From a virus: a stretch of 64,000 bases of DNA. How positions within the stretch are numbered: position 1 is the stretch's first letter; the number at the start of each line of letters is the position of its first letter. The notes below the pieces were generated by a model, which ran no database searches, was not told where the DNA came from, and was given only the letters and a program-made list of their open reading frames with translations. The stretch spans positions 1-64,000 of IMG/VR virus record IMGVR_UViG_3300032282_006516, one strand, 5' to 3'. Position numbers and translations under genes: made by a program. This document shows, piece after piece, positions 62,207 through 64,000 of this stretch.

Positions 62207-62704
62207 TTAGTAGGCGGCGTACGTAGCGTTGACCGCCCAGAGTTCCGAGTGAACTCCGCTGTTGCTCGGACCAAGAATGCCTTGGATGTTGATGGCGACC
62301 TTCACCCGTTGCTTCATCTGGTCCGTGAACGCTTTGTAGTACTGGAGCCAGTTCATGAGCATCGGCGTCTTGTCGTTGACGCCGACGTTGATGCCGCCGT
62401 TTGAGTAGTTGATGTGGTTTCGCGTCTGCAGCAGGCCCACGGACTCGATGAGCGAGATGGTCGTCATCCGTAGTAGCAGCGCGTGCTGGTTCAACTGCAG
62501 CAAGTCTTCAAGACCAAGCGCGGTGAAGTGCGGCGTACCGTTGAAGTCGGCGAGCGCATCGTACACCGCCCACGCAATCTGCCGGTCGCTCGACTCTTCG
62601 CCCGAAACAATCCGGTTCAGCTCAGGGAAATCCCGATGATAGAGACGTACCATCTGGACAAAGTCCCGAAAGGTCGGACTCATCGTCGGGATTCCCTGCA
62701 GCAT
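62207..62704 (-). CDS. Neck/head-tail adaptor protein
   Basis: RLYHRDFPELN..DFNGTP..INYSNGGINV; position after the capsid gene. Confidence 0.55.
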   Translation of the reverse strand: MLQGIPTMSPTFRDFVQMVRLYHRDFPELNRIVSGEESSDRQIAWAVYDALADFNGTPHFTALGLEDLLQLNQHALLLRMTTISLIESVGLLQTRNHINYSNGGINVGVNDKTPMLMNWLQYYKAFTDQMKQRVKVAINIQGILGPSNSGVHSELWAVNATYAAY

Positions 62705-62707
62705 GAA

Positions 62708-62986
62708 TCAGCCGCCCTTCTTCTTCGACGGCGCAGCAGGAGCAGGAGCGCTTTGCGCCCGATCCTTCTGAAGCACGTACGAAGCCGGGGGCTGGTCACC
62801 GAGCGCCAGCGCACCCACCGAAACGAGCTGCTGAAGACCCGGGCGCAGCGCGCGAATCTGCTCCTCGCTGACTTCCTGGCTCGCGCCCGGCGCCAGAAGA
62901 AACGAACCCACCGCGATGGTGTGATTGCTGAGGCCGCGCTGCGCGAGCGCCGGCGTCTCCATATCCGTAAGGTTGAAAACCTTCAT
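62708..62986 (-). CDS. Hypothetical protein
   Basis: 92 aa; ATGA overlap. Confidence 0.65.
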   Translation of the reverse strand: MKVFNLTDMETPALAQRGLSNHTIAVGSFLLAPGASQEVSEEQIRALRPGLQQLVSVGALALGDQPPASYVLQKDRAQSAPAPAAPSKKKGG

Positions 62987-63570
62987 CGACGATTCCTCCT
63001 ACCCGAGCGGAAATCCTTACCCGAGGATACTGCGTCCGACGTCATAGGAGCAGAGGGGTCTGCGGAGTTTTGTGCTGCTTCAAGAGCCGCATCAAGTTCT
63101 GCATCCGCGTCCGGCGCCGCCGACGTCGCGACTTCTTCACCGTACTCCAGCGCCGCCTGCGCCAGAAGTGCGGGGCGCTGTCCGGGCGCCATCGTTTGCG
63201 GCATGACACCGTCGTCACCCGCGTAGGGCGGGATGTACTGACCGACCTGCACGTCGTCTGCGACCGAGTCCAAACGCGGACGAGGAAGCGGGGGAATCGG
63301 AGCACCGGGCAGTGCCTCGAACGTATCGAGGTTCACAAGACGGCCGTCTACCGTGCGCACTTCCAAAATGTGCTGCGCGGCCTTCTGTCGAATCTCTTCG
63401 AGGTTCTGCTTCAGCATGTCTTCGCTGATGAGCAGCCGGCGTTCCGGAACCAGGCGCAGCGTACCGTTGACCAGGTAGTGCTTCCGCGCCATGTGCTCCG
63501 GAAGACCTGCGCGGTGAAAGCGGAAATCCTTCTTCCGCACCACGCTGTGCAATGCGTAGTGAACAGTCAT
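62983..63570 (-). CDS. Hypothetical protein
   Basis: GGAGG RBS; ATG at 63570. Confidence 0.65.
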   Translation of the reverse strand: MTVHYALHSVVRKKDFRFHRAGLPEHMARKHYLVNGTLRLVPERRLLISEDMLKQNLEEIRQKAAQHILEVRTVDGRLVNLDTFEALPGAPIPPLPRPRLDSVADDVQVGQYIPPYAGDDGVMPQTMAPGQRPALLAQAALEYGEEVATSAAPDADAELDAALEAAQNSADPSAPMTSDAVSSGKDFRSGRRNRR

Positions 63571-63590
63571 TACAAATCCTCCAAACGCCA

Positions 63591-63632
63591 CGGGCGCCGG
63601 CACCTTTACCGGCACCGACGCCCGTTAGCCTC
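63591..63632. terminator. Hairpin after the capsid gene, flanked by GTTAGCCTC
   Basis: CGGGCGCCGG..CCGACGCCCG stem at 63591-63623; motif at 63624-63632. Confidence 0.5.
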
Positions 63633-63652
63633 GCAGATGCGAGAGCGTGTGG

Positions 63653-64000
63653 CTAGTACTGCTGGACGTTCGGGAACTTCAGGCCGGCGTCGACCTTGTT
63701 GTTCGGAGCGCCGAGCGCGTCCTCGGAGACCGGGACGAAGTTCGAGATGAGCGCGTCCGCGTTCGTCGTCGGGTTCGCGTCCGCCGAGTACAGCTCCAGC
63801 TTACGCACCGCGGCGATGTTGATGATCGCCATCGCGATGTCTTCCCAAGCCTGGAAGGTGATGACGTTCGCGATCTTGTCGATGTAGAACTTGGTGTTGT
63901 TCAGGACGTAGAACTTCCCGAAGAACTCCGGCTTGGTGAAGCAGTACACGTTGCCCGGACGGAGGATGTCCGACTTCACGGTACGGATGTACGAACGCCC
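63653..64000 (-). CDS. Major capsid protein, C-terminal part (truncated at window edge)
   Basis: Frame open to 64000; ILRPGNVYCFTKPEFFGKFYVL..ITFQAWEDIAMAIINIAAV..L; upstream of the neck genes. Confidence 0.75.
   Translation of the reverse strand, partial: GRSYIRTVKSDILRPGNVYCFTKPEFFGKFYVLNNTKFYIDKIANVITFQAWEDIAMAIINIAAVRKLELYSADANPTTNADALISNFVPVSEDALGAPNNKVDAGLKFPNVQQY

Noticed and set aside
1-64000. tRNA, rRNA, CRISPR array or stop-codon reassignment
   Set aside because: No cloverleaf or repeat-spacer pattern in the short intergenic regions. TAA, TAG and TGA all end well-supported genes under code 11.

Overview
This window is a ~64 kb segment of a high-GC, large myovirus-type phage genome, mostly encoded on the minus strand. 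Read right to left, the morphogenesis genes are: the C-terminus of the major capsid protein (truncated by the window edge), neck/head-closure genes, two large glycine-zipper proteins, tail completion protein, a 1042-aa tail sheath, tail tube, a tail assembly chaperone with a G-GGA-AAT -1 slippery site, tape measure protein, and baseplate hub/initiator. A cluster of probable head-packaged proteins follows. Interspersed are dCMP deaminase, dNMP kinase, a GroES-like co-chaperonin, an SLT transglycosylase, a RimI-like GNAT, a GIY-YIG nuclease, a poly-gamma-glutamate hydrolase-like enzyme, a sigma-70-family factor, a DenV-like glycosylase and many hypotheticals. Standout observations: (1) A 305-aa intein in dCMP deaminase whose opposite strand encodes, in codon register and almost end to end, a 279-aa tandem-HTH plus Vsr/DUF559-like endonuclease. 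This looks like a dual-coded intein with an antisense homing endonuclease. (2) A recurrent F-x-D-E-L-x-K-I-A tag, plus K-x-A linker motifs, in over a dozen unrelated proteins (D6/D11-like helicase, permuted NlpC/P60 amidase, sigma factor, glycine-zipper proteins). This suggests a capsid-targeting and maturation-cleavage code. (3) Cassette-like accessory genes bounded by an AAAC-N9-11-GGAATAAG promoter motif and by hairpin+TTTTCTTAGCC elements. (4) A -1 frameshift chaperone displaced from the tape measure gene. (5) Apparent ATA/GTA start codons overlapping upstream stops. All family assignments come from motif recognition by eye; no database searches were run.
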